DNA of 64,000 bases from Octopus sinensis (lineage: Eukaryota), in NCBI RefSeq assembly GCF_006345805.1, contig NW_021831985.1, forward strand, positions 124,001 to 188,000, in the 5' to 3' direction. The translations under genes and the position numbers were made by a program. The notes beneath the pieces were generated by a model that searched no databases, was not told the origin of the DNA, and saw only the letters and a program-made list of their open reading frames with translations. This document shows, piece after piece, positions 39,226 to 51,450 of this stretch. How positions within the stretch are numbered: the stretch's first letter is position 1; each line of letters opens with the position of its first letter.

Positions 39226-39480
39226 GAAAAAAGGAAATCTGTTGGAAAAACAAAAACAGAACAGAGGCGGAGCAAAAACAAAAACAAATCGAACTATGCT
39301 CCTAAGAGCCCATGGCGAAACTGTTTATCAGTGTATGTTGAGAACCGGTGGCTTCAGCCACCGGTTCTCAACATACATGATAAACAGTTTCGCCATGGGC
39401 TCTTAGGAGCATAGTTCGATTTGTTTTTGTTTTTGCTCCGCCTCTGTTCTGTTTTGTTTTTCCAACAGATTTCCTTTTTC

Positions 39481-39560
39481 TTCCTGAAGAGAAAGACACA
39501 ATATGGTCCCATTATTCAATCGGATTTTGGTAATTTGTGCCTTTCGAAACACGTGTAGAA
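39481..39560 (+). ncRNA. Minimal type I hammerhead ribozyme motif
   Basis: TTC-CTGAAGA-stem II (GAAAG.CACAA / TTGTG.CTTTC, with G10.1-C11.1)-GAAA-C-ACGT-G-TA-GAA. All core nucleotides are present, with a palindromic ACGU loop III and a GUA cleavage triplet at 39555-39557. Confidence 0.75.
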
Positions 39561-39777
39561 TGAAATAAAACGATTTCTGTTCAATCTGCGTTCAGCTCCA
39601 TTTCTTCAATTCACCAATAATGTTTTAATTTCAATTATCCGCACCAACGCACGGTTGCAACGCCAGATGGTTGTACTCCAACCGTGCTGTTTACTGCTGT
39701 GATTTTGCTACTAAGGTATCGGTTAAACTTTTGATTAATCTACTACATACAAGATTATCATCTTTCTATTTCACATA

Positions 39778-39810
<33 letters not shown>

Positions 39811-39846
39811 ATATATATAAATCTGTGCATATATTTACATAAATAC

Positions 39847-39892
<46 letters not shown>

Positions 39893-40109
39893 CAAAAATA
39901 TATGCATATATTTACATTAAAATATATATGTGTATATTTACATTAAAATCTATATGTGTATATGTACGTTAAAATATTTATATATATAATATATATATAA
40001 TATACACACATTAAAATCTATATGCGTATATTTACATTAAAATATTTATATATATATATATAATATACACACATTAAAATCTATATGCGTATATTTACAT
40101 TAAAATATT

Positions 40110-40158
<49 letters not shown>

Positions 40159-40489
40159 AAATTAATATATACAGGTTATGAGAGGTAATGGTGTCATGGA
40201 GACCCAAAGGTGCCAGGTAATGCTAATTATTTCTTAACCATCCTCTTACACCAATGAAGGGATATAATAAATATCCTGGAAACAGCTGTAAGACCTTCTA
40301 TCTATAAATGTTCTAAAATCTACACAGCCTTGGTTTTTTATCTCATTATGAAATAAAATTTATATATATACACGTATATATTTACATGCAAACCTATATA
40401 TATTTTACATAAAAAAAAATTATATATAGATTTTACATAAAAACATCTATTTTACATTTTAAAAAATCTATATTTTACATAAAAAATAT

Positions 40490-41150
40490 ACATCATCATT
40501 GTTTAATGTCCCTTTTCCATGCTGGCATGGGTTGGACAGTTTGACTAAGTTCTAAAAAGCCAGCGGCTGCACCAAGCTCCAATCTGATCTGGCAACCTTT
40601 CTACAGCAGGATTCCATTCCTAATACCAACCACTCTGAGAGTGTAGTGGATGCTTTGTATGTGCCACTGGCACAGGAGCCAGTCATGCAGGTCTGGCATC
40701 GACCACATTCAGATGGTGCTTTTTACATTCCACTGGAACAGGAGCCAGTCAGGGGGCTCTGGCCACAGCAATAATTTTGGTTTTACTGGACTCAAAAGTC
40801 TTATCAAGCATATATCGCCCAGCACATCAAGGGTTCTTTTAAATGGACCAGACATTCCACACTGGCATTGGGTCTACCTCTTCCACAGATTCCTTCCATA
40901 GTTAGGGTGGGGCACCTTCTCACACAGCTGCCCTCATCCATATGTAACACATGACCATACCAGCACAGTCGTCTCTCTTGCACACCACATTTAATGCTTC
41001 TTATGTCCAACTTTTCTCTCAGGGCGCTCACACAAACATGTATGCACACTCACATTAAAAATCCAGTGAATCATACTAGCTTCATTTCTTCCAAGCCTAC
41101 GCATGTTCTCAGCAGTCGTGACCCATGTTTCATTTTGCAGTATACATAGT
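40490..41150 (-). mobile_element. 5'-truncated RTE LINE with RT C-terminus and (GAT)n tail
   Basis: ENMRRLGRNEASMIHW../LREKLDIRSIKCGVQERRLCWYGHVLHM...GRGRP, typical of RTE, continuous with the common tail. Confidence 0.8.
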
Positions 41151-42520
41151 AAGGTGTAGAAGATGAATAATAAAGAAATACTGAAACAGCTTGGTGGAAG
41201 CTTTTCAAACATTTTGGTACCAAGTCAATGAGAATGCTTCTACATGGTTGCTTAACTTGGTAAAAGCACCAGCTAAGTTTCCTTCAAGTCACACTAAATC
41301 ATGTAAACTACTGAATTATAAACTGGACAATATAGTCTCTGATGTACAAAACTGATAGCATGGTCATGGCTGGAATACTTTTAGACAATACATCCACTCA
41401 TTATGTCCACACACACACACACACAACAGGCTTCTATATCTGTTTGGTCAGCCCTGGGTTATATATAGTAGAAGGTACCTGCTTATGATGCCTCACATTA
41501 GGACTAAACTTAAAACCATATGGTTAGGAAGCAAACTTCTTAAACACAAGCCATGCCAGCACTGAAGGAAAGGAGAGAGAAAACGTTGATGATAATATAA
41601 ACAAAACAGCATAAGGAAATACCAAGCATTGGAAATATAACAAAAATTCTAGAAACAATGCTTTGATGTTAACTTAGCCAGACAAGAGAATAATTCCAGT
41701 CTCTCCAAATGACAAACGAGACTGAAACTACATATTATTTATATTTAAATCAATATCTTGATCCAAGAAACAATAAATGTTACTATTTCAGAAAATAAAC
41801 TTTTGTCTCTGTTGTGGAGTGAACCAACACGCCTACATGACTGTCAGTGGACTGGACGAGTCTATAAACAAATGAGCCCAATAAGTCGAAATGTGAGAGC
41901 AATAAGTCTTGTTGTCGATTCTGTGTTAGAGTATTGGATTGTTATTGTGCAAATGGTTACAACATAACCAACATAAGATAACCATTGCTTATTGGGTGCT
42001 ACTTTGGCATGTGACCTACAACCTAAAGGACGATTGCTTTAGGTTACTCTTTAGTTTACTTTTCAATTTCTAAAAAGACCTTGTTGATTACAGATTTTTT
42101 TACAATAATTTTTTTTGTACATACTTAGCATTTTAAAAGAGTTTTTCAGAATTCTTACTATTTCAATAAAATCGTGTCTTAGTAAATAATAATAAGAGAC
42201 CAAGAATAAACAATATAATGATTAGAATAAGTGCGTAGATCACACAAGTTTGGTAGCTGCGAGTTTTGCAACGTAAAGAAACTAAAAGCTAACCTAAAGT
42301 AACCAGAAACTAAAAGCTAACCTAAAGTAATTCTCAATGCCTAATACCTCGTTTCTGGAGGTATCACTCATGACAGGTCATCCAGATTGCTCATCATATT
42401 CTGAAAAACTCATATATATATATATATATACATACATACATATGAAGTAATCACCCTTGAAGTTGTTAATCACACAACAAAGTAGCAGTGTTTATTGTTA
42501 TAGGTTATATTTGGTACTGT

Positions 42521-42591
<71 letters not shown>

Positions 42592-42594
42592 TAT

Positions 42595-43172
42595 AAACAC
42601 ACACATACATATATATATATATGAAGAAAAAAAATACCTTTTATCAATGGTATAATTAATTATACCATTTTTAAAAATTACATCTTATAGAAGAGTAAAT
42701 ATAAGATAAAACATATAACAATGATTAAGTAAAGTGCAAAATAATAAATAAAACGTATATATTTATTCTACCAAGTATATACAGTTTATTTATTATTTTG
42801 CCCTTTACTTAATCATTGTTATGTTTTATCTTATATTTAATCTTTCTATAAGATGTAATTTTTTTAAATGGTATAATTTAATTATACCATTGATAAAAGG
42901 TATTTTTTTTCTTCATATATATGTATGTATATATGTATATCTTCATATAAATGTATATCTTCATATATATGTATGTATGTATGTATCTTATATTTAATCT
43001 TTCTATAAGATGTAATTTTTGTAAATGGTATAATTTAATTTTTCATTATTGAATTGATAAAAGGTGGGCTTTTTTTCTAATTTATATATATATACATATT
43101 ATATTTTTGGAAATTTCATTTAGTATTTCTAAATTGAATGTTTCCCTGTAAGTTTGGAATAATATTCCCTCA

Positions 43173-43250
<78 letters not shown>

Positions 43251-43822
43251 ACACACATACATATATATATATATGAAGAAAAAAAATACCTTTTATCAAT
43301 GGTATAATTAAATTATACCATTTTTAAAAATTACATCTTATAGAAGAGTAAATATAAGATAAAACATATAACAATGATTAAGTAAAGTGCAAAATAATAA
43401 ATAAAACGTATATATTTATTCTACCAAGTATATACAGTTTATTTATTATTTTGCCCTTTACTTAATCATTGTTATGTTTTATCTTATATTTAATCTTTCT
43501 ATAAGATGTAATTTTTTTAAATGGTATAATTTAATTATACCATTGATAAAGGTATTTTTTTTCTTCATATATATGTATGTATATATGTATATCTTCATAT
43601 AAATGTATATCTTCATATATATGTATGTATGTATGTATCTTATATTAATCTTTCTATAAGATGTAATTTTTTTAAATGGTATAATTTAATTTTTCATTAT
43701 TGAATTGATAAAAGGTGGGCTTTTTTTCTAATTTATATATATATACATATTATATTTTTGGAATTTCATTTAGTATTTCTAAATTGAATGTTTCCCTGTA
43801 AGTTTGGAATAATATTCCCTCA

Positions 43823-43846
<24 letters not shown>
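42595..43846. repeat. Tandem duplication (period 652 bp); each unit holds a 296-bp AT-rich palindrome (42621-42916, 43273-43568)
   Basis: AAACACACACATAC starts at 42595 and 43247, bounded by (TA)n. The arms read ATGAAGAAAAAAAATACC...GGTATTTTTTTTCTTCAT. Confidence 0.88.
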
Positions 43847-43896
<50 letters not shown>

Positions 43897-43996
43897 TATA
43901 ATAACTGACGATATAATACCTACCTAACATCAGTTTAAAACACTTTAATACATCCTAATCACTTACTTTTACGTAAATTAGAAATTGTCGTAAAAA

Positions 43997-44859
43997 TGTG
44001 GTGGTATTTTGAAGTTCCTGCACTAGTTCTGTAGTACGCCAACAGATGGCAGCGCACAGCTGCATGTGCAGTTAGAGCTAGAAGTGATCTTCATGAGGCA
44101 GTGTGCTGAGTGACATTGCTGTGTTTACTTCACAAGTTGTGAAATTTGTGCGTTAGTGATCACATGTGTGCTGTAGTCTGTGATTTTGCCATAGAAAGGT
44201 ACAAAGAGCCAACGTGGAATTTTGTGTTAAACTTGGGAAGTCTGATACAAAGACATTGAGCCTGCTTCAGCAAGCTTACAGTGACGAGGCAATGGGTCAT
44301 ATGACATGTTTTAAGTGACACGAGTGCCAGAAGAGCATCTCTGGAAGATGATGAGCAATCTGGATGACCTGTCATGAGTGACACCTCCAGAAACGTGGTA
44401 TTAGGCAGACTGTCAATCGAGAGTTCTACTGCAATGTTTTAAAGTGTTGGGGGGGGGCATTTTGCGATAGCAACTGGATCTGCGGAGCGCAAAGAATTGA
44501 ATTCTTCATGACAAAAATGCATCGTCAACAGGATCTCCTCACTTGTGAGTTTCTCGCCAAAAGCCACATGGTATCGCTTCTGCACCCACCCTATTCACCA
44601 GATTTAGCACCTGTGGACTTTCAACTCTTCCCCAAGATGAAAATGCAGCTCAAACATCACTGTTTTAACACCATTATCAAGACCTAGAGCGAATCACAGA
44701 AGGTCCTTGACTCACTTACTGAAAATGACTTCCAAGACGGATTTCCAAAAATGGCAGGAATGCAAGGTGACTATTTCAAAAGAGATGTTAAAATTTAAGT
44801 AAATAAAGTATTTCTTATTAAACATAACTAGTCCAAGAACTTTCTGATACCACTTCATA
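43997..44859 (+). mobile_element. Internally deleted, decayed mariner transposon
   Basis: QRANVEFCVKLGKS...LLQQAYSDEAM (N-terminal HTH) is fused across a deletion to HPPYSPDLAPVDFQLFPKMK. Degenerate TIRs of about 30 bp lie at 43997-44026 and 44828-44859. Confidence 0.85.
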
Positions 44860-45532
44860 CCTTTTGCAAGAATCTGAAATGCTTTCAGTAAGAAAAGTTT
44901 TTTATCAAACAAGGATTTCAAAGACAAGAGCCCTATTCATATTTAACAATTTAGAATGTAAACAAACCATATCTGGCTCAAACATTCTACCTGCTTTATG
45001 TTCAAACCAATCAGATCTGGCATCTCATACCTATCCTACAATGTCATTCTAAACAAACAATTGCATCACTGAAATCGTGAAGCTATGAAAAAAAAAAATC
45101 AAGCTTTTCTTTTTGTAAACATTGATAGAGGCACACATGCATACATACACACAAACAAACACACACATTCATGTTATCATTAAACTAAATATGGTCACAA
45201 AGATTGTTTGTGTGTGAGGGAGACAGACAGACGGACAGAGGGGAAAAAAGAGAAAGAGGCCATCACTAGACACTCTGATATGCTGATTCCAACAAACTAA
45301 CAAAACACTATGGGACTGGAAAGACTAACAATCAGAACTACAACAGAAGACAACTTGCCCAAAGGAACTGAACCTAAAGCTATGTGGGTTAAGTAATGTC
45401 CCCAGCAAGCCTGCAGTCCACACAGCCAGGCCTACACCGATCAAAAATCAATGTCAAAATCTGTAGAAATACTGGATACTTCTAAAGTTGACCACTAGAA
45501 AGTATTGACTGATAAGTTCACTATAAGTTTAA

Positions 45533-45755
45533 CCCTTTCATTACTAACCTGGCTGAAACCGGCTCTGGCTCTGTAGTACAACTGTTTTGTTTTCAAAAGT
45601 TTTGAATTAAAATCTTCCATCAAACCATTGTCACAATTCATGTTCCTAACACTAGCCGAATGATAACTAAATTATTTTACTAAATTCTTTGTTATATTTG
45701 AAGTAATTGAAAGAAACGCAGATCATCACAAAAAATAAATACAGTAACAAAAGGG
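45533..45755. mobile_element. piggyBac-like MITE
   Basis: TTAA|CCCTTT...AAAGGG|TTAA with short TIRs CCCTTT..TTAC. Confidence 0.65.
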
Positions 45756-45799
45756 TTAAAGAGACAAAGTCTTCCAACAAGACTTAAAAACTTTCGAGT

Positions 45800-46015
45800 C
45801 CCTGATAACTTCAATCCTTCTGCAATTGGTATGAGAGCTAAACTCTTACAGCTGGCATAGTGCAAAGAATCCAGGCATTTGAGTACATGTGTTTCAGGTT
45901 GTTACACATCTCATGCACAGCACAAAACAAATATCTGGACATGGAGCAAGTCATCAAATATGATAACAGACAGGAACGACTTGCACAGATAAAACAGAAA
46001 GTTTGCCCGGTATGG
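45800..46015 (+). mobile_element. Decayed RTE (BovB-like) RT fragment
   Basis: QRIQAFEYMCFRLLHIS...QE.L..IKQK resembles the RTE motif RIQAFE.KC.RRLL.IS. Confidence 0.6.
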
Positions 46016-48804
46016 ACAATATCTATTTCTTTACTACCCACAAGGGGCTAAACACAGACGGGACAAACAAGAACAGACAAATGGATTAAGTTGATTACAT
46101 CGACCCCAGTGCATAACTGGTACTTAATTTATCGACCCTGAAAGGATGAAAGGCAAAGTCGACCTCGGCGGAATTTGAACTCAGAACGTAGCGGCAGACG
46201 AAGTACCTGGCGTGCTAACGTTTCTACCAGCTCGGTGGTATGACAATATCAAGGACCTGATATGTCCACAACACCATAACTTTGCTACGCATAATAGAGA
46301 AGAACAATTGTTATGGCTGACTGCAAAAGTGTCAGGAGTGGCATGCCAATGTCAAGCAGCAACAGTTGCGAGAGAACCTGAAGATGATGTTCTAAATATA
46401 TCATTTGTTATCTCTGTGCTTGAATTTATAGACAAGATGTTTAAGCTGCTTAGCAACCAGCATCTGTGGAAATAGCTTTCAAGAAACTCATCTGTGATTA
46501 AAAGAAAGCATCCAATTAGCGTTTCTTAACCTGTCAACTCAGAAATTTATTGCAGAAAAATTTGTTACCTCATTACTGTCATTGCTATTATCATTAAATG
46601 TAATATGGTCACAAAGATGATGTTCCCAAGCACACGCATGTGGGCGTGCGTGGCAGTGTGTCAAAGGTTGTCACTTGACACTTAGGTTTGCTGATCCCAT
46701 CACACAAGCAATCAGAGTCCAAGTGGCAGTAGGAGAATTGATATGAGAGTGAATTGAAGGCTGAAGAGGGGTTTAGGTTAATTAAATTGGTTAGAATAAC
46801 AAACTACACAGAGAAAGAGTGGCAGGAAGAGAATTTTAAAAAATTGATGAGATATTTCATAAATTAACAAAGTCAACGATGAGTTACATTTCGAAACAAC
46901 CAATCAAATGCAAAAAGATGTCGTTAAGTGTCACGTACTGTTCAGCTAACCAATCAAAGTCTAGATTGGATATTATGAAGATTAAGGAAAAGTCATGGAA
47001 AATTGTGTCTCTACAGAAAGGCATGAACATGGCTATGAGGTTAAGGAAATTGCTTCCCAGCCATTTGGTCTTGGGTTCAGTCCCAATGTGTGGCACCTTG
47101 GGCAAGAGTCTTCCACTATATGTCTGGGCCAACTAAAGTGGATTTGGTACACAAAAACTGAAAAAAGCATATGTTTGTGTGCGCGCATGCGTTTGTTTGT
47201 GTGTGTGCGTTTATGTTGTTTGTCCCTCAACATCATTTGACAACCAGTGTCGGTTTGTTTACATCCCTGTAGATTAGCAGTTCAGCAAAAGAAGCCCATA
47301 GAATAAGTACCAGACTTAAGAAAGTATGTACTGGGGTCAATTTGTTTGACTAAACCTTTCAAGGCGGTGCCCCCAGCATGGCTGCAGTCTAATGACTGAA
47401 ACAAGCAAATGATAAACAAGAAAGAAGGTCGCAATAAAGGAATTATCACAATACAGAAATATTTGTTTATATTAATTATGCCATAAAATAAACTAGGGTT
47501 GCGTGGCTGAGCATCTAAAACAGAGGACAGCTTGGCTATGGAACTATCAAGCAGTCATAACGGTAAATTTTTGAGTGTTTGCATTACAGGTGAAAAGCAG
47601 CAGAAGGTTAAGATATGGACGTACATGCAAGCAATTACACTGAGTTTATACTCAGGAACAGATAACCAGCCATATATTTCTTTTATCACAGTCAAGAAAT
47701 AAGCTTTACAAATCTTCCAAACTCATAGGTGAAAGATATGGCTGTGTAGTAAGAAGCTTTCTTCCCAACCACATGGTTCTAGGTTCAGTCCCACTGCATG
47801 GCACCTTGGGCAAGTGTGTTCTACTATTGCCTCGGGCTGATCAAAGCCTTGTGAGTGAATCTCATCATCATCATCATCGTCGTTTAACATCTGCTTTCCA
47901 TGCTAGCATGGGTTGGACGGTTTAACAGTGGGCTGGCGAACCAGATGGCTGCACCAGGCTCCAGTTTTGATCTGGCAGTTTCTACAGCTAGATGCCCTTC
48001 CTAACACCAACCACTCCAAGAGTGTAGTGGGTCTTTTACGTGCCACCGGCACGGGAAACTGAAAGAGGTCCTCTCTGTGTGTGTGTGTGCATATTGTTAC
48101 TGAGAATATATATATATATTTATTGTGTGTCTATGTTTGTCCCCCACCACCACTTGACAACCAGTGTTGGTGTGTTTACATCCTTATAACTTAGCAGTCT
48201 GGCAAAGAGAATGATAGAATAAGTACCAGGCTTGCAAAGAAAAAAAACAAGTACTGGTGTTGATTCATTTAGGTCAAAGTTGTTCACAGTGGTGCCCCCA
48301 GCATGGCCACAGTCTAATGACTGAAACAAGACACACAAAAAATGGAATACAACAATGGAAGATAATTAACTTTTATTTCAAAACATTAACAGGGCAACTG
48401 AACAGCTGCTAAGCACAGGTGGGTGGAATCATTCAACTGTGACATGATTAACCAAGAGAGTCTCCCATTAGCATCCAGCAAAAAGGTCAACAACCTGTAA
48501 TCATTTTTTTACAAAAATGATAAGCAGTTCGCATAAACCAGTTTCACCACTGTCTAGATATATGAATGTGTGTGCATAGGAGGTGCACTTTACATGCGTG
48601 TGTATAAGCATAAACATTTATATACACATATATACACATATATATACATGGTGGAGGTTTAATCATTCCAACATCCTAATTTTCCATGCTTTCATAGGTC
48701 AGACAAAATTTGGTGAGGCAGAATTTATACAGCCAGATGTTCATCCAGTCACTAACCTTCACCTCTATCCAAGCAAAGAAGTAATTTCAGTACATCATGA
48801 ATCA

Positions 48805-49196
48805 TCATCATCATCATCGTTTAACGTCCGTTCTCCATGCTAGCATGGGTTGGACGGTTCGACCGGGGATCTGGGAAGCCAGAAGGCTGCACCAGGCTCC
48901 AGTCTTATCTGGCAATGTTTCTACAGCTGGATGCCCTTCCTAACGCCAACCACTCCGTGAGTGTAGTGGGTGCTTTTTACGTGCCACCTGCACAGGTGCC
49001 AGGCGAGGCTGGCAACGGCCACGGTCGGATTGGTGTATTTTACGTGCCACCGGCACGGAAGCCAGCTGAGGCGGCGCTGGCATCGGCCACGAGTCGGATA
49101 GTGCTTTTTACGTACCACCAGACCAGGGATCCTGGCTGGTTCAATTCGATTTCGATTCGTACCACCAGACCAGGGATCCTGGCTGGTTCAATTCGA
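48805..49196 (-). mobile_element. RTE-tail element with 39-bp direct duplication near its 5' end (49111-49149, 49158-49196)
   Basis: (CAT)n tail at about 48805; CGTACCACCAGACCAGGGATCCTGGCTGGTTCAATTCGA occurs twice. Confidence 0.7.
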
Positions 49197-50202
49197 CAGA
49201 AAGAAAAAACAGAATCTCAACAAAACAAAGGACCAATTTCAAAAGTGATCTTATAAAAATTAACCAGAGGCGCCTCAACGGTATGGCAAATACAGGACCT
49301 ACAGATTTACTACTATCGACTTTTGATATGGAAGGCCAGAATGTAATCCTTTCATTATCTGAATACGAGCATAAAATACAACAGTTCTGTTCTTCAGAGA
49401 CCTCAATTAGAAGTAAAATGCTTTAATTATCCAAAATATTATTTCAATTATTTAATGCAAAGATAAAATCAATAAATAATCAAGAAGCCATAAGAGTGGC
49501 TGTGTGGTAAGTAGCTTCCTTACGAACCACATGGTTCCGGGTTCAGTCCCACTGCGTGGAACCTTGGGCAAGTGTTTTTTACTATAGCCTCGGGCTGACC
49601 AAAGCCTTGTGAGTGGATTTGGTAGATGGAAACTGAAAGAGGCCCGTCATATATATGTGTGTGTGCGCATGTGTGTGTGTCTGTGCTTGTCCCCACAACA
49701 TTGCTTGACAACCGATGCTGGTGAGTTTACATCCCCGTAACTTAGTTATTTTACTAAATTCTTTGTTATATTTAAAATTAATTGAAAGAAACACAAAGTA
49801 TCTCAACAGAAATATGGTAACAAAAGGGTTAAGACATGTGGATCAAGGAAGGGAATACAAGGAAGAGCAATGTGTAATATATGTTCTTATAGCAGTATAT
49901 ATATATACACAAACTAAGTACATTTTGTCCTCTTGGTTTCCATTTCATTTGTGCATGTTATTTCAAACTCTTTTCTGTGTGTAAGTAAAATGGTAAGCAA
50001 CCCATATTAATACAACCTGTGCAATGGTCATGAAATATAATAAATATTTAATTGGTGAAAGAATGGTTAAGAATTTTTGTTTTCATTACCATGCGGTTCA
50101 GGGTGCGTTCCTACACCATGGCATTGTAGACAGGGATGCTCTGACCAAAGCCCTTGTGCGTGCAATTAACAGGCAGAAATTGTGACAGACAATTGTGAAA
50201 GT

Positions 50203-50522
50203 GCATGGCTCCATATTTAGAGCTCGTATTTATGGGATAGTGATTTCGTTTCCTGAACCGGGTTGCATGATGTGTTCTTGAGCAAGGCATTTATTTCATG
50301 TTGCTTCAGTTTACTCAGCTGTAGAAATGAGTTGCAACGTCACTGGTGCCAAGCTGTATTGGCCTTTGCCTTTCCCTTGGATAACATTGGTGGCGTGGAG
50401 AAGGGAGGCCGGTATACATGGGCGATTGCTGGTCTTCCATAAACAACCTTGCCCGGGCTTGCACTTTGGAGGGGATCTTTCCAGGTGCAATCCCATGGTC
50501 ATTTATGACCAAAGGGAGTCTT
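50203..50522 (+). mobile_element. tRNA-derived SINE with CORE/Meta-like centre
   Basis: Degenerate tRNA head, TGTGTTCTTGAGCAAGGCA core and CTCAGCTGTAGAAATGAG domain. A related head and core lie on the minus strand at about 58742-58600. Confidence 0.55.
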
Positions 50523-51357
50523 TATATATATATTCTATGATTACAAACATAATTATAATCAGGGATCAGCTAATTGCTTCACCTCGCACCGAATTTAGAA
50601 ATAGGAGTTAAATGCCTTTTCTACTACCATAAAGATGGGGTAGAAAGGGCTCCTTAGCCGTAGTGAAGGCAATCTATCTAGGGAGATAACCTTACAATAA
50701 ATCACTCGGTCCGTAGCTTAGAAATACTGGGTTGACGTCCAGCGGGAACAGCTTTGTTTCATAGAGGAGGAAAGATCTTCTTTAGTACTTGGTTGTACAA
50801 TGCTTTCCAATGTGTGTAGTAGTGGCGCGCGCACACATTATTAGCCATTTGAAAAGACTATGAAAGTCTCGACCACGGTCAAACAATGATGATGAATGAA
50901 TGACCATAAAGATCTCCCAGACAGTAACACACATTTTTTCGGCTATATATTTTTGGAAGTGTGGTTGAATATTGGTTATGCAATGGCACTTGATCGCATA
51001 CATTCCTGACACTCTCAAATTTATATTTCGAAATGCTGCACCAAAGATGAGAAATAAGTAAGTAAACATAACTTCACTTTAATCTCGAAATGCGTATGTA
51101 GTTAATTTAAGTCGTGTGGATTCGTAATTTTTTCTTTTTGCCAACGTAAAAATGTGTTTTACTATCTGGGAGATCTTTATGGTAGTAGAAGAGGCATTTA
51201 ACTCCTATTTCTAAATTAGGTGTGTGGTAAAGCAATTAGCTGACCCCTGATTATAATTATGTTTATAATTATAGAATATTTGTATAATTTTACCTAAAAA
51301 GGTTACTTTAACATACCAAACTATTTGGTAAAATTATTAATTAATTTTATCCTTTTA

Positions 51358-51450
<93 letters not shown>

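Larger units (their letters stand above)
39079..39627. mobile_element. 549-bp near-perfect palindrome, probably inverted Penelope-like terminal repeats
   Basis: Arms 39079-39352 and 39357-39627 with loop TTCA. The only differences I found are three 1-nt deletions in the right arm. Each arm carries a hammerhead motif. Confidence 0.85.
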
